A stretch of 64,000 nt of DNA from Bacteroidia bacterium (lineage in GTDB: Bacteria > Bacteroidota > Bacteroidia > 2-12-FULL-35-15), in the NCBI GenBank assembly GCA_045805205.1, contig JBJMLR010000011.1, positions 467,803-531,802 on the forward strand. The letters run 5' to 3'. Position 1 is the first letter of the stretch. Every line of letters begins with the position of its first letter. The notes under the pieces were generated by a model. It saw only the letters and a list, made by a program, of their open reading frames with translations. It searched no databases and was not told the DNA's origin. The translations under genes were made by a program, and so were the position numbers. Positions 55,825 to 64,000 of this stretch are shown piece by piece.

Positions 55825-55899
55825 GAATGCAAAGATAACGAATAGATGTGCTATTGTGCCAATGTATTCAGGTACTGATTTTTCCGCCTGTTATACGGA

Positions 55900-56583
55900 T
55901 CAGTTTGCAGCGTATGCAATGGTGGCAATGCTGATCTTAACATCCGGGATCTTCTGCAGCGTTTGCGCGCAGGCTTCCAGTGTGGCGCCGGTAGTGATCA
56001 CATCGTCCACCAGGAGTATGTGCTTGCCCGAGTGGCTTTCTCTGTTCGCCAGCTCAAATATGCTTTCGACATTCTGCCAGCGGTGGAACCTGGATTTTTT
56101 AGTTTGGGTTGCGGATTCCCGGATCCGGTAAAGCGTTTTGAAATCAGGCTCAGCAGCCATGCTTTCCGCCAGTCCGCTGGCAAAAGCTTCACTTTGATTA
56201 TAACCCCGTTTTTTAACTTTTTTCGGGTGAAGCGGAACAGGAATAACTGTTTGGATCGTACAGAAGTCGCTGGATTTTTTAAGCTCCGGTCCATAAAGCT
56301 TTCCCAACACGTGCCCGATCTCTTTTTTTCCTTTGTACTTGAGCTGGTGGACAAGATGCTGGACCTTTCCGCCTTTATTGAAGCCATAGTAAGCACCGGC
56401 GGAATAAATATTTACCCTTCCCCAGAAAATTTTCGCTACAGGATTGTCGTTATACAAATGAAAATTTGTTTTTGGAAGGTGATAAACACACCAGGTGCAG
56501 ATCGTGTCCTCGCGTTTGTAGAGACTGTTCCCGCAGGAAGCACATACTTCCGGAAATATCAGTGAAATAAAGTCGTTCAGCAT
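55900..56583 (-). CDS. ComF-family protein (zinc ribbon plus phosphoribosyltransferase domain)
   Basis: N-terminal CxxC...CxxC (CASCGN...CTWC) and a PRTase motif LLVDDVITTGATL. Confidence 0.8.
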   Translation of the reverse strand: MLNDFISLIFPEVCASCGNSLYKREDTICTWCVYHLPKTNFHLYNDNPVAKIFWGRVNIYSAGAYYGFNKGGKVQHLVHQLKYKGKKEIGHVLGKLYGPELKKSSDFCTIQTVIPVPLHPKKVKKRGYNQSEAFASGLAESMAAEPDFKTLYRIRESATQTKKSRFHRWQNVESIFELANRESHSGKHILLVDDVITTGATLEACAQTLQKIPDVKISIATIAYAAN

Positions 56584-56649
56584 CCTGTTTTGTTAGGAGG
56601 CGAAAGGTAAAAAGTATTATTTTTGTAAGAGTTATAATAAACGTTTAAT

Positions 56650-57567
56650 ATGGAAACCCAACAGGAAGAAAAAAAGTCGAATAAATCAATAGTGTGGATA
56701 CTGATCCTTCTGCTGCTTGGCGGAAACGGAACATTCGGGTATCTGTGGTGGAAGGAAAAGAATCGTGCGAATACTGTGGTTGTTGAGAAAGAACAGGTAG
56801 TTGTGGAGCGCGACAATATCAAGAGCGATCTCCTGGAGCTTCAGCAGGAATATAATTCGCTGGAAACAAGTGATAAGGCGGTTCAGGCCGAACTGGATGA
56901 TAAAAAAGCTCAGATCGCTGAATTGCTCGAGCAGGCGGAAAAGCATAAGGGCGATGCCTATGAGATCTCTAAATTAAGAAAGGAAACAGAAACGCTTCGT
57001 AAGATCATGAAGCATTTTGTGGTGCAGATCGATTCTTTGAATACGATGAATAAAACGCTCATCGTTGAGAAGGATAAGGTAAATGCCGACCTGAATGCTG
57101 AAAAGGATAAAACAACGCAGCTGACCAAAGACAAGGAGCAATTACAGGGAACCGTAAACCTCGGTTCTGTTCTGAAAGCTGAAAATCCAACTGCAAAAGG
57201 AGTAAAGTTCAAATCAGGCGGTAAAAAGGAAGTTGAAACTACAAAAGCTTCCCGTGTTGAGCGGATCAAGGTTTCTTTTGTTCTGGGCGAAAACAAGATC
57301 GCAAAGAAGGGCGTAAAACCGGTATATGTCCGTGTGACGACGCCTGACGGAAAAGAGCTGTGTAAATCGCAGGATGAAAGCAACATGGTAAAATTCAATG
57401 GCTCCAAAGGATATTATGCGGCAAAGGACGAGGTGAATTATAGTAATGATGATGTGGCAATGGACATCCTTTGCCCGAGCCCGAATGGATTCATTCCCGG
57501 AAAATATCTTGTAGACATTATCTGCGACGATGTGGTGGTTGGTCAGACCAGCATTACACTTAAGTAA
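56650..57567 (+). CDS. Membrane-anchored coiled-coil protein (hypothetical)
   Basis: N-terminal TM segment and a long Glu/Lys-rich heptad region. Confidence 0.5.
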   Translation: METQQEEKKSNKSIVWILILLLLGGNGTFGYLWWKEKNRANTVVVEKEQVVVERDNIKSDLLELQQEYNSLETSDKAVQAELDDKKAQIAELLEQAEKHKGDAYEISKLRKETETLRKIMKHFVVQIDSLNTMNKTLIVEKDKVNADLNAEKDKTTQLTKDKEQLQGTVNLGSVLKAENPTAKGVKFKSGGKKEVETTKASRVERIKVSFVLGENKIAKKGVKPVYVRVTTPDGKELCKSQDESNMVKFNGSKGYYAAKDEVNYSNDDVAMDILCPSPNGFIPGKYLVDIICDDVVVGQTSITLK

Positions 57568-57629
57568 TCCGGTGCTTAAGAAAAGGAAAATTTGGCGAAG
57601 AGCCGCTAAGAATATTAGTAATTCAGAAG

Positions 57630-57656
57630 AAGCCCCGGTTCAAGGGGCTTTTTTAT
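57630..57656 (+). terminator. Intrinsic terminator (gcccc-ggttcaa-ggggc plus T6)
   Basis: Seen directly. Confidence 0.7.
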
Positions 57657-57687
57657 TAACTTTGTCTGAACAGAACAAGCTACTGAA

Positions 57688-58722
57688 ATGAACCCGAATA
57701 TCAACCCGGATGCAGAGAATCTGAGCCCCTCGGAAAAGGAGTTCGAAAAAGTATTGCGTCCGGCCGAATTTTCTGATTTCACCGGCCAGAAAGAAGTAGT
57801 TGAAAATCTGAAGATCTTCGTTAAAGCTGCCAAGCAGCGAAGCGAAGCCTTGGATCATGTTCTTCTGCACGGCCCTCCGGGCTTAGGTAAAACAACATTG
57901 GCCAATATTGTTGCGGCCGAGCTGGGAGTGAATATCAAGATTACTTCAGGTCCGGTCCTGGATAAGCCCGGCGATCTGGCAGGTTTGCTGACCAATCTGG
58001 AAGAGCACGATGTATTGTTTATTGATGAGATCCACCGGCTAAGTCCGATCGTTGAAGAATACCTGTATTCAGCGATGGAAGATTATAAGATCGATATTAT
58101 GATCGACAGCGGTCCGAATGCACGCAGTGTCCAGATCAAACTGAACCCGTTTACGCTGATCGGTGCAACAACACGAAGCGGTTTGCTGACAGCACCTCTT
58201 CGTGCCCGCTTTGGGATCAATTCCCGCCTGAATTATTACGATTCCGCTTTGTTGAAAAAGATCATCACCCGTGCATCCGGTATTCTTAACGTGCCGATCA
58301 ACGAGGACGCCGCTGCTGAGATCGCCAGAAGAAGCCGCGGAACACCGCGGATCGCGAATGCACTATTGCGCCGGATCCGAGACTTTGCACAAATCAAAGG
58401 CAACGGCTCCATTGACCTTGAAATTGCACACGTTGGACTTTCTGCACTTAACGTGGATAAGAACGGACTCGATGAAATGGATATCCGCATTCTTTCCGCG
58501 CTCATTGAAAAATTCAAGGGCGGGCCGGTTGGACTTACAACGATCTCAACTGCGGTCGGCGAAGAAGCAGGAACCATAGAAGAAGTGTATGAGCCCTTTC
58601 TGATCCAGGAGGGTTATCTTGTGCGCACACCGCGCGGCCGTGAAGCTACAGAGCAGGCATATCGTCATCTTGGAAAAATTCCGGGGTCCTCGAAAGGAAG
58701 CCTGTTCGAAGGAGGATTCTAA
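57688..58722 (+). CDS. ruvB: Holliday junction branch migration ATPase RuvB
   Basis: [21 protein letters not shown] (Walker A) and [11 protein letters not shown] (Walker B / sensor). Confidence 0.95.
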   Translation: MNPNINPDAENLSPSEKEFEKVLRPAEFSDFTGQKEVVENLKIFVKAAKQRSEALDHVLLHGPPGLGKTTLANIVAAELGVNIKITSGPVLDKPGDLAGLLTNLEEHDVLFIDEIHRLSPIVEEYLYSAMEDYKIDIMIDSGPNARSVQIKLNPFTLIGATTRSGLLTAPLRARFGINSRLNYYDSALLKKIITRASGILNVPINEDAAAEIARRSRGTPRIANALLRRIRDFAQIKGNGSIDLEIAHVGLSALNVDKNGLDEMDIRILSALIEKFKGGPVGLTTISTAVGEEAGTIEEVYEPFLIQEGYLVRTPRGREATEQAYRHLGKIPGSSKGSLFEGGF

Positions 58723-58735
58723 TTTCCGTCGTTTC

Positions 58736-60217
58736 ATGAAGAAGTTCTCTTGTATAATGCTGTTTTTTTTCGGCTTGATGCTTAATCGGGTCCAGGCCCA
58801 AAGAGATGAATATACTCTCCGCGATGTCAGCATGCATACGAAAAAGCTGACAAAAAAAGTTGCAGAGCTGAATAATCTCAATGAGGGGAACGGATTCGAA
58901 TATCACATAGCAGATGCGATTACGGTTTTTTGCAGAGATGCAAAAATAAGAGAGTGCCTGGTACTCGTGAATCACCCCAATCCAACGGTTCGATACGTAT
59001 CTTTCATTAAGCTATCCATCGAAAAGTACCCTTCGCTCGACAAGATCCTTGGAGAACATTCGAAGGATTCTGCACTGATACACTACAGCGAGTTTTGCCG
59101 CGGATATAGCATTTCTGTTTTCGAAATGATGACAAGAGCATGCGATGAAAACAAGGAGCTCAGCAAAGAGGAGCTCGAATATAAATACAGGATAAAAGAG
59201 CGTCCGCGTATTACGGCAGAAGACCATTTTAATTATGCGCTGGATATTATCGACGATATCCAGCAAATGGAGGATGATATGTCGCCCCTCTATAGGAAAG
59301 CGCTGAAAAAGGCCGGGCCGGAGTTGCTGAAAGCAATTGAGCTGGACAGTACAGTATCGGATTATTATCGCACGCTGGCTTATGTGAATGGAAGCGCCGG
59401 GAATTTTGACGAGGCAATAAAATATTACAACCTTGCCCTGAAAAGGGGAGCTTTTGTCTATCGGGATATTGCCTGGCTGAAAATGGATCAGAACAGACCG
59501 GCCGAAGCACTTGCTTATCTTGACCAGGGAATCCTTTTTGATTCACTTTGTGCTGCCTGTTATTCAGATCGCGCTGATGTAAGAAAGATACTGCATGACA
59601 CAATCGGATTCTTCAGCGATTCGGTTATCGCAGATGATCTCACGCTTGGGATTGACGGGTTATTTAGCAGGGGAGCCAGCCGGGTTGACAGGGAAGTGCC
59701 GGGTGCCATTGATGATCTCAATAAAGCGATCTCAAAAAATGATACTGTAAATTGGTTGCATTATTATTACAGGGCGAAGGCAAAAAATCTGACCGGCGAC
59801 TATAGCGGCGCATTAGCGGATTGCGATACCGTATTGAAATATGAAAAGCGATTCAATAATATCCGGCGGGTGATTGCAAAAGCAGATGCCGGCTTGGGTA
59901 AATATACTGATGCAATCGCCGTTTACAGCGCGGTAAAAGTGGATTATCCCGACGATAAGCTGATGGATGCTGATATCGGCGAAGTGTATTATCTGATGAA
60001 GGATTATGAGAAAGCCCTCGAATACTATGATTCTGCGCTGGAGCAGATAAAGAAAGAAGAACCCTCAAAAGCAAGATTTAAAAAAGATGATGATTGGTCA
60101 TACATCCGTGGAGATATCTATCTTAAGCTTGGCAAGATGGAAGAGGCTTGCAGTAACTGGAATTATTCACAAAGTCCCGAAGCGAAAAAAGCACTAAAGC
60201 AATATTGTGAGAAGTGA
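58736..60217 (+). CDS. Secreted TPR-repeat protein (hypothetical)
   Basis: Signal peptide [22 protein letters not shown] and TPR-like repeats (..YY.LA..NG....A..YY..AL..). The start is taken at the ATG at 58736; the ORF-track start overlaps ruvB. Confidence 0.6.
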   Translation: MKKFSCIMLFFFGLMLNRVQAQRDEYTLRDVSMHTKKLTKKVAELNNLNEGNGFEYHIADAITVFCRDAKIRECLVLVNHPNPTVRYVSFIKLSIEKYPSLDKILGEHSKDSALIHYSEFCRGYSISVFEMMTRACDENKELSKEELEYKYRIKERPRITAEDHFNYALDIIDDIQQMEDDMSPLYRKALKKAGPELLKAIELDSTVSDYYRTLAYVNGSAGNFDEAIKYYNLALKRGAFVYRDIAWLKMDQNRPAEALAYLDQGILFDSLCAACYSDRADVRKILHDTIGFFSDSVIADDLTLGIDGLFSRGASRVDREVPGAIDDLNKAISKNDTVNWLHYYYRAKAKNLTGDYSGALADCDTVLKYEKRFNNIRRVIAKADAGLGKYTDAIAVYSAVKVDYPDDKLMDADIGEVYYLMKDYEKALEYYDSALEQIKKEEPSKARFKKDDDWSYIRGDIYLKLGKMEEACSNWNYSQSPEAKKALKQYCEK

Positions 60218-61143
60218 ACGCCTCATCAAAACATACAGCACTCGTAAAATCCGAAGCAAAGCGTCTTGGTTTCGATTATGTAGGTATCTCGAAAGCAGAT
60301 TTCCTGGAAGAAGAAGCTCCGCGCCTGGAGAGCTGGCTCAATAATAAAATGCACGGTCAAATGAGCTATATGGAGAACTACTTCGATAAGCGCCTTGATC
60401 CAAGACTATTGGTCCCGGGAGCGAAGTCAGTTATTTCATTGCTGCTGAATTATTTTCCGTCGGAGGCACAGAAAGATCCGGAAGCTCCAAAGATCAGCAA
60501 ATATGCCTATGGTAAAGATTATCACCTGGTCATTAAAGAAAAGCTGAATCACCTTCTCGGATATATCAAGGAGAACATCGGCGAAGTAGATGGAAGAGTA
60601 TTCGTTGATTCCGCGCCAGTTTTGGATAAGGCCTGGGCAAAAAAAAGCGGCCTCGGCTGGATCGGAAAGAACAGCAATCTTATTAATAAAAATAATGGTT
60701 CCTTTTTTTTTATCGCGGAGCTTATCGTTGATCTTGAGCTGGAATATGATGGTGCCATTAAAGATTATTGCGGGACCTGTACCAAGTGCATCGATGCCTG
60801 CCCGACAGATGCCATCGTTGCGCCCTACGTAGTTGATGGAAGCAAATGCATCTCCTATTTTACCATCGAGCTGAAGGATCAGATCCCCAATGACGTCAAA
60901 GGAAAATTTGAGAGCTGGATGTTTGGCTGCGACATCTGTCAGGATGTTTGTCCATGGAACCGTTTCTCAAAACCGCATCACGAAAAGCATTTCATCGCAA
61001 ACCAGGAGCTGCTCGGCATGAATAAAACGGATTGGGAAGAGATCACCGAAGAAACATTCCGCCGAGTATTTAAGAATTCCGCTGTCAAACGTACCAAATT
61101 CGCCGGACTGAAACGAAACCTGAATTTTATTAAACCCGTTTGA
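60214..61143 (+). CDS. queG: Epoxyqueuosine reductase (tRNA queuosine biosynthesis)
   Basis: Two 4Fe-4S ferredoxin motifs [12 protein letters not shown] and [11 protein letters not shown], and the QueG N-terminus. GTG start overlapping the upstream stop. Confidence 0.85.
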   Translation: MNASSKHTALVKSEAKRLGFDYVGISKADFLEEEAPRLESWLNNKMHGQMSYMENYFDKRLDPRLLVPGAKSVISLLLNYFPSEAQKDPEAPKISKYAYGKDYHLVIKEKLNHLLGYIKENIGEVDGRVFVDSAPVLDKAWAKKSGLGWIGKNSNLINKNNGSFFFIAELIVDLELEYDGAIKDYCGTCTKCIDACPTDAIVAPYVVDGSKCISYFTIELKDQIPNDVKGKFESWMFGCDICQDVCPWNRFSKPHHEKHFIANQELLGMNKTDWEEITEETFRRVFKNSAVKRTKFAGLKRNLNFIKPV

Positions 61144-61680
61144 TCACCTTTTGGGAATTTTAAAACCTACCTTTTTCCTCGGCTTTTTCTTTTGTTCGAC
61201 TAGTTTATCCAAACGTAAGTAGAGCCATTCGATGTTCTTATTATTTCGATCCAGCTCTTTTTTAATTTTTTCCACTTCCAATCGCACATCCGCTGTATCA
61301 AGCATTGATTGGCGGATCTGCGTGAAGATCCTGACAACCTCAATATTCGTGCGGATTGCCCGTTCACTGTTTAAAATGCTGGCAAGCATTACAGCGCCGT
61401 GTTCGGTGAACACATACGGCAAACCCGCGGAAAACCTGAGGGTCTGGAGGTGGTCGCAATTTGCGACCACCTCCTCCTTCTCTTTTTCGGAAATCTGGAA
61501 CATGAAATCAGATGGAAACCGTTTCAAATTTCTTTTCACCTGTTCATTCAAACGCTTTGTGCTGACGCCGTATAACTCGGCGAGGTCACGATCGATCATT
61601 ACTTTTTTGCCTCTCAGCTGAAGGATCTTGTTAATAATGACTGCGTCATTAATCCTGGTGATCTTGTCTTTCTTTGCCAT
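61144..61680 (-). CDS. ORF6N (KilA-N/Bro-N-related) domain DNA-binding protein
   Basis: INKILQLRGKKVMIDRDLAELYGVSTKRLNEQVKRNLKRFP...LPYVFTEHGAVMLASILNSERAI is the ORF6N domain. The C-terminus is coiled-coil. Confidence 0.7.
   Translation of the reverse strand: MAKKDKITRINDAVIINKILQLRGKKVMIDRDLAELYGVSTKRLNEQVKRNLKRFPSDFMFQISEKEKEEVVANCDHLQTLRFSAGLPYVFTEHGAVMLASILNSERAIRTNIEVVRIFTQIRQSMLDTADVRLEVEKIKKELDRNNKNIEWLYLRLDKLVEQKKKPRKKVGFKIPKR
61446..61474 (+). repeat. 29-bp perfect palindrome ggaggtggtcgcaatttgcgaccacctcc inside the ORF6N CDS (encodes EVVANCDHL)
   Basis: Seen directly. Confidence 0.8.
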
Positions 61681-61698
61681 ATTTTATAAGGGTTTTAG

Positions 61699-61723
61699 AG
61701 GTGGTCGCAAATTGCGACCACCT
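61699..61723 (+). promoter_or_regulatory. 25-bp perfect palindrome aggtggtcgcaaattgcgaccacct followed by T8, 19 bp upstream of the ORF6N start; candidate operator or terminator
   Basis: Seen directly. It is the same palindrome core as 61446-61474. Confidence 0.6.
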
Positions 61724-61869
61724 TTTTTTTCCAAAAATAGACAAGCGGAAAACCAGAAGCCGGTAGATAAACGTTTATAAACGTATAAATCGCAGAAGGC
61801 AAAAGGAGGTACTACCGGTGATGTACCGGAAATTCAAAAAGAATATAACAAGGAGGTTTAAGAAAACCT

Positions 61870-62070
61870 TTAGGATTTCACAACGCTTTTAAACACTTCG
61901 TTGATCACATCCTTGTATTGATGTCCGAATGTAGCAGCACACCAGATCATCAATAAGGTTTTTTCTTCAGGCTTCAGCCACTTCACAGCTTTCATCAGCT
62001 CTTTGCGGAAAAGTGCTTTATCAAAGCTCACTTTTTGCAAAATATTCTTACTTAATTCAAACATATTCAT
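61870..62070 (-). CDS. Hypothetical small protein
   Basis: 66-aa ORF with no motif. Confidence 0.3.
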   Translation of the reverse strand: MNMFELSKNILQKVSFDKALFRKELMKAVKWLKPEEKTLLMIWCAATFGHQYKDVINEVFKSVVKS

Positions 62071-62208
62071 GTTGTATTAAGGGTTCATCAATAGGAGTAG
62101 AACGCAAAATAAAATTACCTCTTTTAAAACGAAAAGTCAAGGACAAAGTTACTTTTTTGAGGAGGTATTTGAGATGAAAAGACTGTTAAAAAATGGTAAA
62201 GATTTGGC

Positions 62209-62781
62209 TTATTTTTCGCCCCACCGAAAACTCTGCTGCTTCAGTCCCGCGAGATCGATTACCCGGTCTATCACAGTCGCTGCAAGTGATTCAAAATCGG
62301 TTGGCTTGCTGTAAAAGGAGGGGCTTGCCGGACAGATGACCCCACCGGCTTCGGTAACCGTTTTCATATTGTTTATGTGGATCAGGCTAAGTGGTGTATC
62401 CCTGGTAACAAGAATGAGTTTCCGTCGTTCTTTCAGCGCGACATCTGCGGCACGGGTGGTCAGGTCATTGGAAACCCCGCTGGCAATACGGGCAAGCGTT
62501 CCCATCGAGCAGGGACAAATGATCATTATGTCATATCTTGCTGAGCCGGAAGCAAAAGGCGCGTAGAAGTCTCCTTTGTTGTAGACAGGAAAAGGCAGGT
62601 TTTCATAATCGGAGTTTCCCAGCTCGAATTTCCAAACATCCCTTGCGTTGTCACTCATTACAATACCTACGGCCTCGATCTGCTCAGAAAGCGCCCGTAG
62701 CTTTTTCAGCAATACGTTTGCATAAATGGCCCCGCTGGCCCCGGTTATCGCTACTACGATCTTATGTTTATTGCCCGTCAT
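62209..62781 (-). CDS. ubiX: Flavin prenyltransferase UbiX
   Basis: HKIVVAITGASGAIYA...ICPCSMGTLARIASG are UbiX/Pad1 motifs. The start is taken at MTGNKHK (ATG at 62781); the longer ORF overlaps the upstream gene. Confidence 0.85.
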   Translation of the reverse strand: MTGNKHKIVVAITGASGAIYANVLLKKLRALSEQIEAVGIVMSDNARDVWKFELGNSDYENLPFPVYNKGDFYAPFASGSARYDIMIICPCSMGTLARIASGVSNDLTTRAADVALKERRKLILVTRDTPLSLIHINNMKTVTEAGGVICPASPSFYSKPTDFESLAATVIDRVIDLAGLKQQSFRWGEK

Positions 62782-63397
62782 CCAGTTTACCGAATTGATA
62801 AGTAGCAGTGAGGGCGAGTACCACGTTGATCTGTCCAGGATTGAACCAGAAACTGGCTCCGGATTGATAATCCCGGATAGGTAAAATCGAATTGCTGTAG
62901 CGCCATGTAAAACCGAGCTTTTTGAAAAGCTGATAATGCACACCTGCAATGCAGGCCAGCTCATATCTTTTGAACGGAGTGAGGCCGGGAAATTCTCCGT
63001 ACGCATTTTCTTCCTTCGCGCTGATCAGAACCCCTCCACTGAGTCCGAGCTCAAATGTGAACTTTTTTTGCTTATAATTCAGCATGAACGGAACCTCCAG
63101 GTAATTCAGAGACATCCTGTAATAATTGTAGCTGCTGCCGGCTGCGGTAGAATCAATGCTGCTGTTCTGACTTCCTTTTTGGATAAAAAGCATCTCGAAC
63201 TGTGCGTCCCATTTATCGCTGATTTTCGCAGTAAGCGTAGGGCCGAATGCCAATCCGAACTTATGGAATCCGCGGTATCCGTCACCTTCCACCTGACTGG
63301 TGCTGATGCCCAGACGCAATCCGCCTTTGAAGCGATTTTGCGCCTGCAGTGAGAATCCCAGGCAGATAATGATCAATAAGGAAAGGCATCTTTTCAT
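62768..63397 (-). CDS. Outer-membrane beta-barrel protein (porin-family, OmpW/PorT-like)
   Basis: Signal peptide MKRCLSLLIIICLGFSLQAQ, alternating amphipathic beta strands, and a C-terminal ...YQF. It overlaps the ubiX start by 14 bp. Confidence 0.6.
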   Translation of the reverse strand: MKRCLSLLIIICLGFSLQAQNRFKGGLRLGISTSQVEGDGYRGFHKFGLAFGPTLTAKISDKWDAQFEMLFIQKGSQNSSIDSTAAGSSYNYYRMSLNYLEVPFMLNYKQKKFTFELGLSGGVLISAKEENAYGEFPGLTPFKRYELACIAGVHYQLFKKLGFTWRYSNSILPIRDYQSGASFWFNPGQINVVLALTATYQFGKLDDGQ

Positions 63398-63476
63398 TCC
63401 CCCAAAGTTAAACAAAAAACACCCTTCCGAATGTTTCCGGAAGGGTGTTTAACAAATGAGTTGGAAAACTAAATTG

Positions 63477-64000
63477 TCATTTTATTTTCTGCTCCTGAAC
63501 CTGGATCACTTCCTTGGTTACATCGTTATAAATGAAAGCGATCACATAACACTGATTTTCATTGCATGCGGTAGTGCCAGAACCTGAGCCGGGATAAGCG
63601 GCAGGTAACGTGTAGCTATAAGATTTTGTCGAGATGTTCCCCGCAACGATAGATCCGGCTGTACCGACGTTCTCGCCCCAGGTGCCATTCAGGTTATCAC
63701 GCAGTACGTGCTGATGTACATAAGGATTTGTATAAACGCCAAGTACCAGCTGATCCGCAATAATGGAATCCTGCATCATCATCACGACAAGATTATAGGG
63801 CCCCTGGCTAAGCGTATCATAAAGGAACACTGATTTTACCGTACAGTTAAGCACCCGTGTGGAGCTATTATAGCTGTTGATGATCTGGATGCCTGCTGTC
63901 GGTCTCTTTGCCAGCTCAGCAGCTACTTCAGCAGCCCAGCTGCCATAAGATTTAACATGGTTTGTGGTTGTTCCGTCATAGTCCTTCCGGTTTACCATTC
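63477..64000 (-). CDS. Hypothetical protein (Omp28-like?), 5' end beyond the window
   Basis: No signal peptide at the listed Met, so the N-terminus is probably outside the window. The Omp28-like call is tentative. Confidence 0.4.
   Translation of the reverse strand, partial: MVNRKDYDGTTTNHVKSYGSWAAEVAAELAKRPTAGIQIINSYNSSTRVLNCTVKSVFLYDTLSQGPYNLVVMMMQDSIIADQLVLGVYTNPYVHQHVLRDNLNGTWGENVGTAGSIVAGNISTKSYSYTLPAAYPGSGSGTTACNENQCYVIAFIYNDVTKEVIQVQEQKIK

Noticed and set aside
58619-58735. Upstream extension of the TPR protein ORF
   Set aside because: It overlaps the ruvB 3' end in another frame. The signal peptide begins at the ATG at 58736.
62174-62311. 45-codon plus-strand ORF with a strong AGGAGG Shine-Dalgarno sequence
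   Set aside because: It overlaps the ubiX 3' end on the opposite strand, has low complexity, and Bacteroidetes rarely use SD-dependent initiation.

Overview
The window reads as a Bacteroidetes chromosomal segment, probably Sphingobacteriia or Chitinophagia-like, because it carries PorP/SprF, many T9SS C-terminal sorting domains, TAnnTTTG-type promoters and SusC-like outer-membrane barrels. All calls below come from reading motifs by eye; no database search was run. I call about 57 CDS and 2 tRNAs (tRNA-Ala GGC, tRNA-Gln UUG). Housekeeping genes are ileS, a DksA/TraR-like gene, lspA, asd, ruvB, queG, ubiX, slyD, ridA and a ybdL/yafV methionine-salvage pair. The window is unusually rich in T9SS cargo: a PKD adhesin with PorP/SprF and OmpA partners, a lamin-tail-domain protein, a cyclophilin and a LamG protein. 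The parts existing gene callers would not explain are these. (1) A small GIY-YIG nuclease gene that is frameshifted and sits between inverted copies of a dispersed hairpin repeat, GTCACCC...GAGTCGAAGGG...GGCCGG; at least 8 more copies of that repeat are scattered through the window. (2) Both tRNAs carry short exact duplicates of their own 3' ends 90-175 bp away, next to members of the same repeat family. (3) tRNA-Ala borders an AT-rich 2.9-kb islet whose outer-membrane barrel gene is broken by an in-frame TAA; the islet is flanked by two copies of a roughly 80-nt hairpin element that differ by compensatory stem changes. (4) A tight operon at the left edge encodes two SiaC-like (DUF1987) paralogs and a 1022-aa ABC exporter with a TerB-like N-terminus. 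(5) The DksA/TraR-like protein has a histone-H1-like Lys/Ala/Pro-rich tail. (6) A Lys-rich 17-codon mini-ORF followed by an intrinsic terminator sits upstream of asd. (7) A tandem array of 24-bp repeats abuts the start codon of the ybdL-like gene. (8) An ORF6N gene has the same perfect palindrome in its promoter and in frame inside its coding sequence. No CRISPR array, rRNA or classical transposase was seen.
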